The notes under the pieces are model-generated. The model was not told the DNA's origin. It searched no databases and saw only the letters and a list, made by a program, of their open reading frames with translations. 64,000 nucleotides of DNA. Source: Macrostomum lignano. Lineage: Eukaryota. This document shows, piece by piece, positions 9,452 to 21,900 of the stretch (position 1 is its first letter; every line of letters starts with the position of its first letter). The stretch covers positions 1 to 64,000 of the forward strand of contig NIVC01000518.1 in the NCBI GenBank assembly GCA_002269645.1. Reading direction: 5' to 3'. Both the position numbers and the translations under genes were made by a program.

Positions 9452-12400
9452 TCAAAAAACTGGCATTGGGGGATTAGGAGCTTCCGGGCGGGAATATCGC
9501 TCACGTGACCTGGTTCCCGCCGTTGCCTGAGTCCTCCTTTGAGCAGGAACGTGGGACCTAGAGCTGGCATCGATTTTCCTTAGGTTGTTGAAATGGACTA
9601 CCCTAGGCCTTCGCGCACCATCGTGCAGGATTCTGTAATTGACATCGGAAAACTTTTTTAGGACTTTGGCCGGGCCTTTCCAATAGCGGTGGAACTTCGG
9701 GATTTCATTCGGTTTAATCACGGGATCGTATTCTAGAACAAGATCACCTTCATTGATCTGAGCGCCACGAGCTTGGCTGTCATAAAGCTTCTTTTGCTTC
9801 CTCTGATAGGTTCTGAGATTCTCCCTCACAGCCTCGTGTGCTTGCTGAAGGTCTTCAGTCAGTCGACGAGTGAACTTGGAGAAACTCTCTGGCACCCTCT
9901 CAGTCGGATTCTCAATGTCGATCGGGAGCTGCATTTCCCTACCAAACAGAATGTAGTGCTAGCCTGTGCCTCTATGCACGCTAGAACGATAGGCTAGCAA
10001 ACCGGGCGCAATGCAGTCTTCCCAATCCTTGTCCTCCTGCTCTAACTGACACGTTAACATGTGCTTTAGAGTCCTATTAAAGCTTTCTGCTTGCCCATCC
10101 GCCATCGGATGATACGGAGTGGTTCGACACTTGCGGATGTCTAGCAGAGAACAAAGGTTCTTCATCAATGCTGACTCAAAATTTGATCCCTGATCAGTGA
10201 CTATCTCCTGTGGACAACCGAATGATGAAATCCAGTGCGTGAAGATTGCACGGGCTACTGTTTTGGCACGCTGATTTGCTAACGGGATTGCACACGGCCA
10301 TTTACTGAATGCGTCTTGGATTGTCAAAACAAATCTCGACCCATGCTTGGACTTCGGCAAAGGACCAATGATGTCGCACATGATTCTTTGAAACGGAAAT
10401 GAGCTCGGGATGGGTTGCAGTGGTGCCCTGCCTCTTGGCGATGGTTTGCACTTTGAGCACACTAGACATGTTCGGCAGCACTCCTCAACTCTACGAGACA
10501 GACCAGGCCACAAAAAGCGTTGCTTAAACTTTCCTTGAGTCTTCTTAACTCCGAGGTGGCATCCACTGACGCCATCATGAAGGATTTTGGCGGCTTCTTC
10601 TAACAGGGAATTTGGTAGGAGGATTCTCTTCTGTGAGTTCTCTGGCACTGTCAGGAGCAGTAGCCCATCTTCTAAGACTATTCGAGTCCTATGGGCCCAG
10701 ATCTCTCTCTCTCAACTAAACTACTGATCGGTTCATTTTGCAGCGCTTCACCTTCAAGTAACTGCCTTACTCGTTTCAGAGCTGGGTCAATTCTCTGAGC
10801 CTCTCTGATGCACTTGACGCTGAGAGGTGATGCTAACACAGCGTTCACTTGTTCAGGTGTTTGTGGCGAACTGTTACAGGAAGGGCACGACTCTTGGGCC
10901 CAATGCTTTCGAACTTTACGAGACACTGTCCGCATTCTGGTGAAAAATCCCTTTCCTGTGAACTATTTCAAACTCAAAACGCTGTAGCGTCTCTAGCCAT
11001 CGAGCGCACTGTCCTTCCACATCTTTGAGGTTCGTTAACCATGACAACGCACTGTGATCTGTTCGGATTTTAAATTTGCGCCCCAAGAGGTAATATTTGT
11101 AGGCCTTGACGAAGTGCACGATCGCAAGAAGTTCTAGTCTAGTCGTACAGTAGTTCTTTTCACACTCTGTCAGGGTCCTTGACCCATAGACAATCTCACT
11201 TTTTCGGAGCCGTCGGCTTGCACCTGAGACAGGACAGCTCCAATTCCTATTTTGGAACTCGCGTCGGTGTCAAGCACATACTGTCCAGCTGTTTCGGAAA
11301 AATCTGGGTAAGCCATCACTCCAGTCGAAATCAGAAGTCTCTTTAATTCACAGAATGCTCCTTGCTGCTCCCGGCCCCACTCGAACTTGGTGTTCTGGCG
11401 CAGGAGTTTGTACAGCGGAGCTGCTATGATCGAGAAATCACGGATGAAATTTCTGTAATAAGAACAGAGACCAAGGAATGATTGTAGCTCTTTGACACAA
11501 CTCGGAATAGGCCAATCGCTAATCTCTTTCGTTTTCGCTGGATCTGTAGCTATTCCTTCCGCTGAAACTACGTGGTCTAAAAACTTTGCCTCTTTGGACA
11601 GAAAATGGCACTTCTTTGCTTTCAGACGGATTCCTGCAGCTCGCAATCGGTCGAACCGGTCGAACACGTGCTGCAGTCTCTTAAAATGCTCTTCATAGGA
11701 CTTCGCAAAAACTATAATGTCATCAAAGTACACAAGGCACTCCTTCCATGACAGGCCAGTCATAACTAGGTTCATGAGCTTTACAAATGTGGCTGGGGCA
11801 TTTTTCAGCCCAAAACTAACATAGCGCCACGCGAACTGACCGCGGTTTGGGATGACAAACGCTGTCTTCAACTGGTCTCTACGGTCCAGGGGGCACTGAT
11901 GGTAGCCTGACGCTAGGTCCAGAGTGGAGAATACAGCGTTTCCTGATAGAGCTTCAAGCGTCTCGTCCATCCTAAGTGGAGGGAAAGGATCAGGAACGGT
12001 GACGTCATTTAGCCTACGATAGTCCAAGCATAAGCGGATAGAGCCGTCTTTCTTCCGAACAGGTACAACCGGGCTGACCCAAGGAGACTGGCATTCATAG
12101 ATCCTGTCGCATTCGAGCAGTCTATCAATCTCCTTGTCGATCTCCGGGCGCAGATGAAGTGGGATGCGCCGCGGGGCTCGCGGGTCGGCTTCGCTGAGCC
12201 GGTGTCAATGGTGTGCATTGCTAAATCAGTGGCGCCTAACTCACTGTCATCTTTTGCAAAAACGTCTCGATTTCGGCGAATCAATTCAGTGAATGAACCT
12301 TGCTGCTCTGGTGTCAAATCTGTTGACTCCCAGCTGCCGAGATTACTGACTGGGTCCCAACTGGTGTCAAGGGTAACCAAGTTAGCCTGTGCTGCAGGTT

Positions 12401-13259
12401 TCACTTCCTGAGCAGGAGGTTGGCTATCGTTTACAGGGGTGAACCAACCAACTTGCCTTCCTCTGGGCAGGGTCACTGGTTCGCCTAAGATGTTGGTTAC
12501 TTTAATCGGCAAAAATCCTTCAGCTGATGGGATGCCAATGGCTCTGGCCAATAACACTAATCCTTCATTCTGATAACGAGTCTCTGTTATTCCTGTGAAC
12601 TGGAAATTCCGGACACCTTTTCGACTTAATTTGGCCTGAATGATTTGGGATCTATTGTTGGGGACCGTTACCGATTTCGGGATGACAATCCGGCAGAGAA
12701 TAGGTCGCTCAGTTGTCATCCGAAATTGGAAGGTACCGTTCGATGTGGTGACTTGAAAGTTTGCAAAATCTAGCGTAGCTGCTTGACGACGAAATAAATC
12801 TGCTCCGAGGATGCATGGATTCAAGAGACTGGAGACGATTGTAAATTTGTGACTGAATTTTAGAGAGCCAATAAAAAATTCCACAACGCACTCGCCCAGC
12901 ACATCAATCGCATCACCATTAGCAACTTAAATGTTTGGTCCGATGGAACTCGGCACTAGCATGGATCTAGGCAGATTATTTTTCCAAACTCTCTCACTCA
13001 ACAGGGGTGTACTGGCACCCGTGTCGAGCAAACACGTGATCTTGGCTTTCTCGGAAAAGCGGATGTCAACAAAACCGAGTTCTGTACTGGATTCATGGGC
13101 GGGCTGGCTCGGTGCGCTGGGTTGGGCCTCTACTAGTGACTGGCTTGGGACCCTGGATGGCCCTGCCTCCAGGTCCCTCTCTCGTTTCCCATCTGTTGAT
13201 CCCTCGCTAGCTGCTGACACCTGGCTTTGACGTGGTTCGGCCTTCTGCAGTAGCTGCAC
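9452..13259 (-). pseudogene. Gypsy pol (protease, dUTPase-like spacer, RT, RNase H, integrase), broken by several frameshifts and stops
   Basis: Protease CLLDTGAST (12927-13259); RT FSTLDLASGYHQ...CLVYFDDIIVF (11170-12027); RNase H VLDTDAS and IRTDHSALSWL (10916-11119); integrase LHDGVSGCHLG...CRTCLVC, CDIIGP, VTDQGSNFES, GQAESFNRTL (9959-10648). Confidence 0.95.
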
Positions 13260-14100
13260 ACTATTGGGTTCCTACACTGACGGGTCACGTGATTGGTCCC
13301 AAAGCGTCGACCACACTGAACAGCTCTATGAGTCGGTGCTGCGGCCTGGGTAGGTTGGGGATTTGGGTGCTCACGATGGCTGACTCCTGCACCCGGCCTA
13401 GCCTTCAAGGCCTGCAGCTCCAATCTCAGCTCTTTCAGTTCTTCGCGGAGTCTGACTGTCTCATCTTGCGTAGTGGACGAGTTCACTGAGGGCCATGGCT
13501 TCTCGGTGCTTGCCTGAGCTGTGCGGAGGGATGCCACACTCTGTCTTACCCGCCTACAAGTTGCGTCGAGGGTCTCTGGCTCCTGCAGTAGCAAGTGCTC
13601 ACGAACTCTATCGGCAATTCTAGCACCTAGCAGGAACCGGTCCCTGGCCAACTCATCTCTCTGATCTGCCGGCAGGTTCGGATAGGCCCGACGGACAATT
13701 TCGCGAAGGGCGTCGGCATAGCTTTCCACTGACTCATCCTTCTTTTGGTCCCGACTCCTCAATTCGATCTTACTGTCTTGCGGGGTGTGATGCTGGTTGA
13801 ATCGTTGTGAAAGGCGTTCAACAAAATCTTCAAACTCTAGATCGTCCGACAGTTCAAGATTGGCAATAGCTCGATAAGCTGTATTGAAGTCCATCAGGCT
13901 AATTAGGTGCTGCTTCCTGTCTTCTTCAGGGATCTCTGCAATCAATCTCTGATCTCACAATACGCTGTAAACTGCTGCATCCACAGTGCAAAATCCTGAC
14001 TCAGCACAAACTTGGATGGTCGGGGCACTCTTTGCCCTACGTTCAAATTATTCTGCACTCTAGCTGTAAGCGCATTGATGAGGTCGTCAACGTTGGCCAT
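13133..14100 (-). pseudogene. Gypsy gag with a frameshift near 13945
   Basis: ATG at 14100 gives MANVDDLINALTARVQNN...DFALWMQQFTAYCE. It continues in the 13133-13945 frame with RDQKKDESVESYADALREIVRRAYP and zinc knuckles CGRRFGTNHVTRQC and CSYCRRPNHVKARC. Confidence 0.9.
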
Positions 14101-14250
14101 CGGGATTCGAAAGACAACTTAACAGGGAGAAAAGACTAAGAGATTGACCGGGATAGAGAAAGTGACAGATTAACAGTGCATAGATCTAAGAGGCGCGCAA
14201 GCTGCTGACAAATAAAAATACAACCCAGGTTACAGTAAACTAAACTCCTA

Positions 14251-14269
14251 AATCCTGGTCACGGCACAA
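14251..14269 (-). promoter_or_regulatory. Primer-binding site resembling the tRNA-His 3' complement
   Basis: Minus strand TTGTGCCGTGACCAGGATT follows the 5' LTR. It resembles TGGTGCCGTGACTCGGATT, the tRNA-His complement recalled from memory. Confidence 0.7.
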
Positions 14270-14270
14270 G

Positions 14271-15047
14271 TGTTATGTAATGCGAAATCTCCGGGGGGCG
14301 GCTCGTGATCCTCGAGCAGCTACGGCCTCCTAAGACTAATACCAGAGTACAAGTACCCCTTCAGGGTGGCGAGCCAGTGATGGCGTCCGACACTCTGACC
14401 GAGCTGCCGGTGTCGGGCGGTGCGTACTATCGCTTCTCGTTCCTAGCCAGCAGCTCGTCCCTACGGCAGTACCCGATACAGTATGTCCCGTACCGAACAA
14501 TGAACAACACAACGAGACTCAAGTTCTTACTGAGGAATGAACACGGCGGGAGCGGCGGCGAAGGACTAGCCGGTAGCGCGGATTCTCAGACGTTGCGTAC
14601 CCGTAGGGGCGTCTCGGTTCTAATCGATATGGGCAGTGGAATCTCAGAGCTGAGTTGGGTTGGAAGGTAGCAGCCACAGTTGGTCCCTCACCGCCGCTAC
14701 ACCGCGCTAAATATATATTTGGGTTGGCCGGCTAGGCCGCGGGGAATCGCCCCCCGCGCCCACCCGACCAGCCACACAACCAGCTTAGCACATTACAGCG
14801 AGAAAGCTGCTGATTGGCCGGCGCGTGAGAGAGGCGGCCCGTACCAAACAGCAGCTGCGCAAGAGACGGAAAACTTGGGGGGGGGACGCGCTGAGAGGGG
14901 TGGCGCAGCCAGCCAAAGCCGGCTGGCTCAGACAGACTGGGGTGGGTGGTGCATAAACAACTCAGGAGGGAAAGTGCAGTGTCCCAGTGCGCCAATTAAC
15001 TGCAAGCCTGAGATCGTTAGGCAGTGAAAGTACACTACGGCACAACA
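14271..15047 (-). repeat. 5' LTR of the Gypsy element
   Basis: TGTTATG...CACAACA, a direct repeat of 6590-7360. Confidence 0.95.
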
Positions 15048-16096
15048 CGAGCTAGTCCATATTTTATCGGTCTCTATAATTGTCTATAATCGGTCCCTAT
15101 AGACCGATTAAATCTGGACTATTAAAGAAGCTGCGATTACGCCATGCAGTAATGATAAAGTAAACGAGAGTGGCTAAATACGAGTAAAAGAAACCCACGA
15201 GCTAACAAATGGATGAAAGAAACTGCTGTACAACTCAAATGGAAAATTTGTGCAAAAGCAAGGTCGGTTAAAATTGGTCCTTAAAATTGGGAAAAGAGAA
15301 AAACTAAACTGTAGAAAATTATGTTTGCTTCTCAGTTAATAGCTACCATTGTTGTTTGCATAGCATAACACATGAACTATTCAATACTATTAGTTATTAC
15401 AGCAGGTAACCAATGCAAAGTAAGAAATAATAAAACTATTTCAGAACACTTTGAGATTTGAATTTCTTCAAGTGAGAATAATAGAAAAAACCATACTAGA
15501 TGGCTTATGCAAAGATTTTATAAAATTTTATAATGACAACAGTTGTGATATTACCTACTGTCTTCTAACAATATACGTGAAAAATTGATAGAAAATTGAA
15601 TAGTTATCAAAGAGCATAAACAAGGATATCCAGCAAGAGATCTATAAACATTTCTAACAAGCATATACATTTTTGATAAAAAAAGTTTGAAAAATCTGAA
15701 ACTTATAGATTTGGATGCAGTGACATAATAAAGTCATGACTCATGATCTCTTATAAGTTATGCATCTTAATTGTTTCTTGTAAGTATAGATCTAACTTCA
15801 ATGGGGCAAACTTTAATTCAATTATTTGTTCATTTATTTGATTTTAATTTTAGTTTCCTACTTTATTTGTAACTTATCAAATAAAAAAATTATTTAATTT
15901 ATGCCACTATGCCACCATCGCAAAAAATCTTTGAATAGCTTCTTAATCTCAATATTACTTCGGATTACTGGTAGAGTTATCAGAGAAACAGATCCAATTT
16001 TACATAGCTGTCTTTCTTCGTGTAGTTTACTATTTTATAAATGGTATGTTTTTAATGCAATGGGATAAACAATGACTTGATAAATCCACTGGGTCT

Positions 16097-17266
16097 CTAT
16101 GCGTGAGCAAACTGCGACCTGATTACCAGCTTCATGGCTGGGTCAATGTAGATCTCCTGTAGCCGCCTTGCCAGCGTGTTGTGCTCGCAGCTTCGTTCCT
16201 CAGGCACCGGGTAGTGTCTCAGCCGGCTCGTCGCAATACTCCTAGCCCTATAGATGGCGAAAGCCGAGAAGCAAGACTCAACCTTGACAGGTATGCTGTT
16301 TTGGACTGTAGCAATTTTATCAGTTATAATGCTGCGATCATATTCCGTGACGCTGGTGTACCGTTTCTTGCTGAAGTAGGAGCGGGCGCACGGGTCATAC
16401 AGGTCGTTGTTGAGGCGGGTATTAGCGCACAGGATGTCCAGTTTCGGCTTGGCGCTAAAGTAATACATTCCCTGGGCGATATTATCTAAACTCCAGGGTT
16501 TCCATTCAATATCCGGGTCGGTGACAATGACTAGATCCGCGGTTTCCTTTAAGTTGTCGTATATATAGTCCAAGTACATGTTTCTTAGAACGCTCATTAC
16601 AACACCGCGATCTATACGATCCTGCTCTGTGCGTTTCTGGCCCCATCCGGGTCTGTGAAGCTTACCAGACCGATATTTAATATTCATTTTGCAAGGCGCT
16701 CTTGAATTAATGGGCTGACACCCAAGAATCACTGTTTGGTTGTTTTTTTGAAGAACTTCATGGAGCAACTCGCGCGTGCCATCGGTTGAATCGTTTTCGA
16801 CAAAAATCAGCCAGTAGTCGTTGAATAGCTTTCCCAATCTGTGCATGCTGTCGATGTTTTTCCGCAAGCGTACTCTGGCATTCTGCACTGTTGCCACAAA
16901 AACCACGTTCTTACGTAGCATCCACTGTCTACCGATCTGCGCCCGGTAGCTAAAGTTACGTTCTTGATCCTCTAGGCGCATAAGAGGCATTCGTGTCCGT
17001 CTTTGAATGAAAAACATTGAGCTGTCTTGCAGCCGCAGGAGTTCGGCATATTGTTTATTAAACTCCGATGAATTCGATTCAATGCGTGCATTCAGTTGCG
17101 CTGGCTCTTGTAATTCCTCCAGGCGGTCGCTGATAGATTCATAATCCCCAGAGCAGTCTGATGGAAAAGTTTTTATCAAAAGTATTATGCAAGAAGAGAC
17201 GACGATGCAGCACATGAATAGCGTTTTTCGCCGCAAGCAGAATAGGCTTTGCTTTCTGAAAAACAT
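16097..17266 (-). CDS. Intronless type II membrane GT-A glycosyltransferase (GT2-like / CAP59-like), ~389 aa from the ATG at 17266
   Basis: N-terminal basic tail and TM helix (KTLFMCCIVVSSCIILLIKTF). Motifs LIFVENDSTDGTRELL, VMSVLRNMYLD, VIVTDPDI (DxD), PVKVESCFSAFAIY and SCEH. Open for 1.17 kb. Confidence 0.8.
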   Translation of the reverse strand: MFFRKQSLFCLRRKTLFMCCIVVSSCIILLIKTFPSDCSGDYESISDRLEELQEPAQLNARIESNSSEFNKQYAELLRLQDSSMFFIQRRTRMPLMRLEDQERNFSYRAQIGRQWMLRKNVVFVATVQNARVRLRKNIDSMHRLGKLFNDYWLIFVENDSTDGTRELLHEVLQKNNQTVILGCQPINSRAPCKMNIKYRSGKLHRPGWGQKRTEQDRIDRGVVMSVLRNMYLDYIYDNLKETADLVIVTDPDIEWKPWSLDNIAQGMYYFSAKPKLDILCANTRLNNDLYDPCARSYFSKKRYTSVTEYDRSIITDKIATVQNSIPVKVESCFSAFAIYRARSIATSRLRHYPVPEERSCEHNTLARRLQEIYIDPAMKLVIRSQFAHA

Positions 17267-18455
17267 TTTCGAAGAAGTTCTGCAGTAGATAATTGGTACT
17301 TTTGCTAAAAATGAATAGTTATAAACTCTATTCTTATAGCTACTCGTAGTTTCGTACACGATAAAAAAACAAGAAATTAAAAGTCGCACCTAATTGCATA
17401 TTTATGCAAGAAGGTTTCTTAAAAACACTTAAACGTCGTTAATAGATATAATTCTTGTTTGTATAATAAACTGATTGTATATTTACTTAAAGTCTACATA
17501 AAAAAGCAATTTATTTTTGTTAAACTTACTACTTTTCGGATTTACTGCAAGATGTTGCCTAATTTACATGCGCATTTATTATAATTTTTTTAAACTTGTC
17601 TTAGTATTATTCAGTAAGTAATTGTAATATTTGAAACAGAAACGTTTGTGGTACTTAATGCGCTATTCTTTACGAATTTGCTAATTAAATTTGTTAATTC
17701 CTACATACAGGTTATATTATATATAATTAAATAAGTTTTAAGTTCTATAACTTTTGTAGCGTTGTACGGTATATAGATAATAATATGAATGGAAATTTTG
17801 TATTTTTTCATTTATATTTTAATGATTTTAGGCGTTTAAATTGTCCTTAATTAGGAATCTGTACTGCATTGCATTGGTGGTCACTAATTTTTTTACATTT
17901 ATATATTAAAATGTGCATATAAGCTTGGTATAGTAATTTAATTTAGTGATTTAGTAAAATGTAGTAATGTAGTAAGTAACGCAGTAAAATGCAATAATTG
18001 TATACAGTACGGTAAAATATTTTTCAAAATTCAAATGTACATAATTCATGAGACTCGCGATCAGTACCAAATAGTATACTGCACACTTCATAAATCATAA
18101 ATGTAATTAGACAAAGACACGCCTACCCGATAGAAAAACGTTGAAAACTTTCGAAGTCAGCACTGGTACTTTGTACTTGGATTGACTTTTAAAGTACTCA
18201 ATGCTTGGCGTTGCTGGTACTTGGAGAGTTTATTATGTTTTTAGCTACTTTCTATGGCTTTCAAAGTATTCAATGTTTTTTTACCGGGTAATCTGTAAAA
18301 GTTTTTCGTCTACCGGTACATTTGCAATTTTATCTTTAAGTTCGCTCATAGAGCATGGTGTGAGCCTTTTGGGCTCTCGGGCCCTAAAAATAGTGCCCGG
18401 AAAATAGCGTGCTTTATCTCATATAGAGCATATATATAATAGCATATATATGATT

Positions 18456-18496
<41 letters not shown>

Positions 18497-18952
18497 GGAG
18501 TTGGGATCGAGCCATAGACAAATGGTTGAAAAGTAAAGCCCGCAACTTGACTAACTGCTTGGAATAGCGGGCAATATAAGGCTCACACCGTGCTCTATCT
18601 TCTACATAGATCACAATTAGTTGTTAAGTAAGTAGCCCTTGATTCATACGTGTGGAACTGTGAAACTAGAGTATTACGTACGTGTTATAGCTACATAGCA
18701 CACGACTCGTGAAAAAGATCATAAATAGGAGAATAAAGTTAAGAGTTTCATTGTCAAACTGAAGGTAGATCTACACTATACTGTATCTGTTTCAGAACTT
18801 CTTTTAAGCCCGATAACTTGCGTTGATTACGTTTGTTTGTATTTGGATGGCGTTGTTTTTTGTTCTTTGCTAAACATATTCAAACACGAGCCCCCCGTGG
18901 GGTATTCATGACGAAGTTCCTGATTACCTAACTGCACCGGCAACTCTCGCCC

Positions 18953-21900
18953 TGTAGTGACTGTGCATCAGGCCTAGGTGTTGTAACTAACTAACTTTGA
19001 GGCTAGAATTGTTCAATTACCTTATATGCATCGTGCGTTCAATCATGGTATCGTTGTTTCGATTGCGTAACACTGTTTTCAACGTGCACATGAGTATAAA
19101 TATATTGAGCGAGACTCAAGTGTCTCCAACTGAATTGAATTTAATCAATCAACTAGAACACAACAAATGGCGACGAGCGGACTCCCGTACCCAGCGGAGT
19201 TTCAACCAGTACCAGGCGAACCTCCTGTGCCATGGGCAAGGTGGATCAAGTCATTTGAGAACTTCCTGGTAGCTGGAGCTCTCGAAGAGGCATCAGAGAG
19301 TCGGAAAAAGGCGATCCTCCTGCATCTGCTTGGTGAGGAAGGACGCCGCCGAGCTGCAAACGTCGATGCAAGCAAGTCGCTTCAGGAGACCAAAACGGCA
19401 CTGAAGGCGATTTTCAGCTCGTCGAGAAGCGTCATAGCAGAGCGCTTCGCCTTTCGGCAGCGAGCCCAGCACGACGGCGAGAGCATCGGAGACTACGTGA
19501 TGGCCCTGAGAGAACTGGCAACAAACTGCAAATTTGGCACCTTTCACGACGAAATAATTCGAGACCAACTTGTGGAGAAAACCTGCGTACCTCGCATTAG
19601 GGAAAGACTCCTGATGGAGGAGGACGATCTGACGCTAGATGACGCCATCAAGAAGGCTGAGCGAATCGAAGCAGCCATCAGAGATGCCAAGCAGGTCAGC
19701 GGCCCAGAGCTCCACGTGAAGGCGCTGAGCAAGAAGCCGAAGCCAGCTGCTCGCCATGAGAAGACCGCAGCAGCAGGTCCAAAGTGCACTCGATGCGGAG
19801 GCAACCACGGACACAAGGGCGAATGCAAGGCGATGGGCCAGAAATGCAGACGATGCGGCAAGACGAACCATTTCGCGAAAATGTGCCGCATGAAAGCGGT
19901 CTCTGCGATCGACACCAAAGAGCCTGCAGAGTCCAGTCTGACGGTCCTGGCCGTGAACAACAAGAGCACAGACAGCTTATTCTGCGAATGCCGTCTGGGC
20001 GGACAGCTGATTCGACTGCAAATCGACTGCGGTGCTGCCGTTTCGTTGCTCAACATGGAGACGTTCAAGAAGTCCTTCGCTAGGCACCCGCTGCTTCCGA
20101 CGAGCACAAAACTGGAGGCATACGGCGGATCTGCGATCAAGACCATCGGCAAGGTCGAGCTTCCAGTGACGTTCAACGGCATCAGGACAGAAGCCACATT
20201 CTACGTCGCCGACAAAGGAGCGAACATCCTGGGCCGCGACCTGTTTCAGGCCCTCGGATTCAAAATCTTCCAAGGTGACAACAGAGTGATGAGCATCAGC
20301 GAGACTACGATCGAGCGCGACTTCCCCGGAATCTTCGACGGTCTGGGCCGGTCCAAGAGCTTCATTCACCGGACAAAGATCGACGCCTCGGTCAAGCCAG
20401 TGTCTCAGCCAATGCGGAAGCTGCCGATCGGCCTGAAGGACGAAGTGACGTCAGAGATCAGCCGGATGGAGCAACAGGGCATCATTGAGAAGGTCGACGC
20501 GTCCGAGTGGGTTAGCAACGTTGTCGTGACGCGCAAGAAGGAGTCCAACAAGGTTCGTCTCTGCGTGGATCTGCGGCAGGTCAACAAGGCGGTGATCGCG
20601 GACCGCTATCCGGTACCGTCAATCGAGGACCTATCGGCCAGCATCAACGGCTCGAAGTGCTTCAGCAAGCTGGACCTGCGTCAAGGCTACCAGCAGATTC
20701 CGCTGCATCCAGACTCTCGAGGACTGACGTGCTTCATCACCGATGCCGGCCTGTACCAGTTCACCGTGGTGCCATTCGGGCTATCTAGCTCCGGAGCTGC
20801 CTTCCAGCGAGCCCTGCAGACGGTGCTTCGAGGAGCTCCTGGCGCCATCAACATCGTGGACGACATCCTGGTGCACGGCAAGGACGAGACTGAGCACGAC
20901 AAGAACCTCCGAGAAGTCCTAGGGCGGATTCATCGCGAAGGCTTCACACTCAATCGAGAGAAGTGCAAATTCCGGCAGGCGAGCGTGGATTTCTTCGGAT
21001 TGGTCATCTCTGCAGACGGCATCAAACCGACCAAGTGCAACGTCGACGCAATTCTAAGAATTCCTGAGCCATCAACGGTCGCGCAAATTCAATCGTTTCT
21101 CGGAGCAGTGAACTTTTTGCACAAGTTCATACCGCATTACTCAGCAATTGCCGAGCCTCTGAGACAACTGCTCAAAAAGGACGCGGACTGGCACTGGGGT
21201 GAGCGGGAACGTACAGCCTTCCGTACACTCAAGTCAGCCGTAACCAGCAGCCCAGTGTTAGCTCATTTTGACTGCCAAGCTGAGACGTACGTCACCTGCG
21301 ATGCAAGTCTAGACGGACTGGGGGCAGTGCTCAGCCAAGTACAAAACGAAAAAGAGGTGCCAATCGCGTTCGCATCGAGAGCACTCAGCCCAGCGGAAAA
21401 GCGATACTCAGCCGGAGAGCGAGAAGCCCTGGCCTGTGTATGGAGCATCGAACGCTGGCACTACTATCTATACGGCAGACGAGTAACGCTGCGCACCGAC
21501 CACAAGGCCCTGACAACTCTGCTCGACTCGAAAGGCATGGGGCACAGGCCTCTTCGCATTCATCGATGGGTCGAGAGACTTCGCGGCTACGACGTCCGGT
21601 TTGAGCACATCCCTGGCGCTGACAACAAGTGCGCGGACATGCTGTCCAGATGGGCCACGACGGAGCGCGTTCCAGCCGAGGAGACCGACGAGGAGGGCTA
21701 CGTCTACGCAGTCGTCGACTCGAAGACAACGCTGACGGCAGACGCACTGGCAACGGCGACCAAGGAGGACGAAGTGCTGCAGGCGGTTTTGCAGTACATC
21801 TCGGGCGGCTGGCCATCGAAGGTGGACAGCTCTCTAAAGCCGTACTTCAACGTCCGGGACGAGCTGTTCTGCTGGAACAACGGTCAGTGCCTCGGTCGTG

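Larger units (their letters stand above)
6590..15047 (-). mobile_element. Full-length Ty3/Gypsy LTR retrotransposon (8.46 kb) with disrupted gag-pol and an accessory ORF in the env position
   Basis: Two ~770-bp LTRs with TG...CA ends. PBS lies next to the right LTR and PPT next to the left LTR. Gag zinc knuckles, protease LDTGAS, RT YFDD, RNase H DTDAS and integrase HHCC + D,D,E occur in Gypsy order on the minus strand. Confidence 0.97.
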
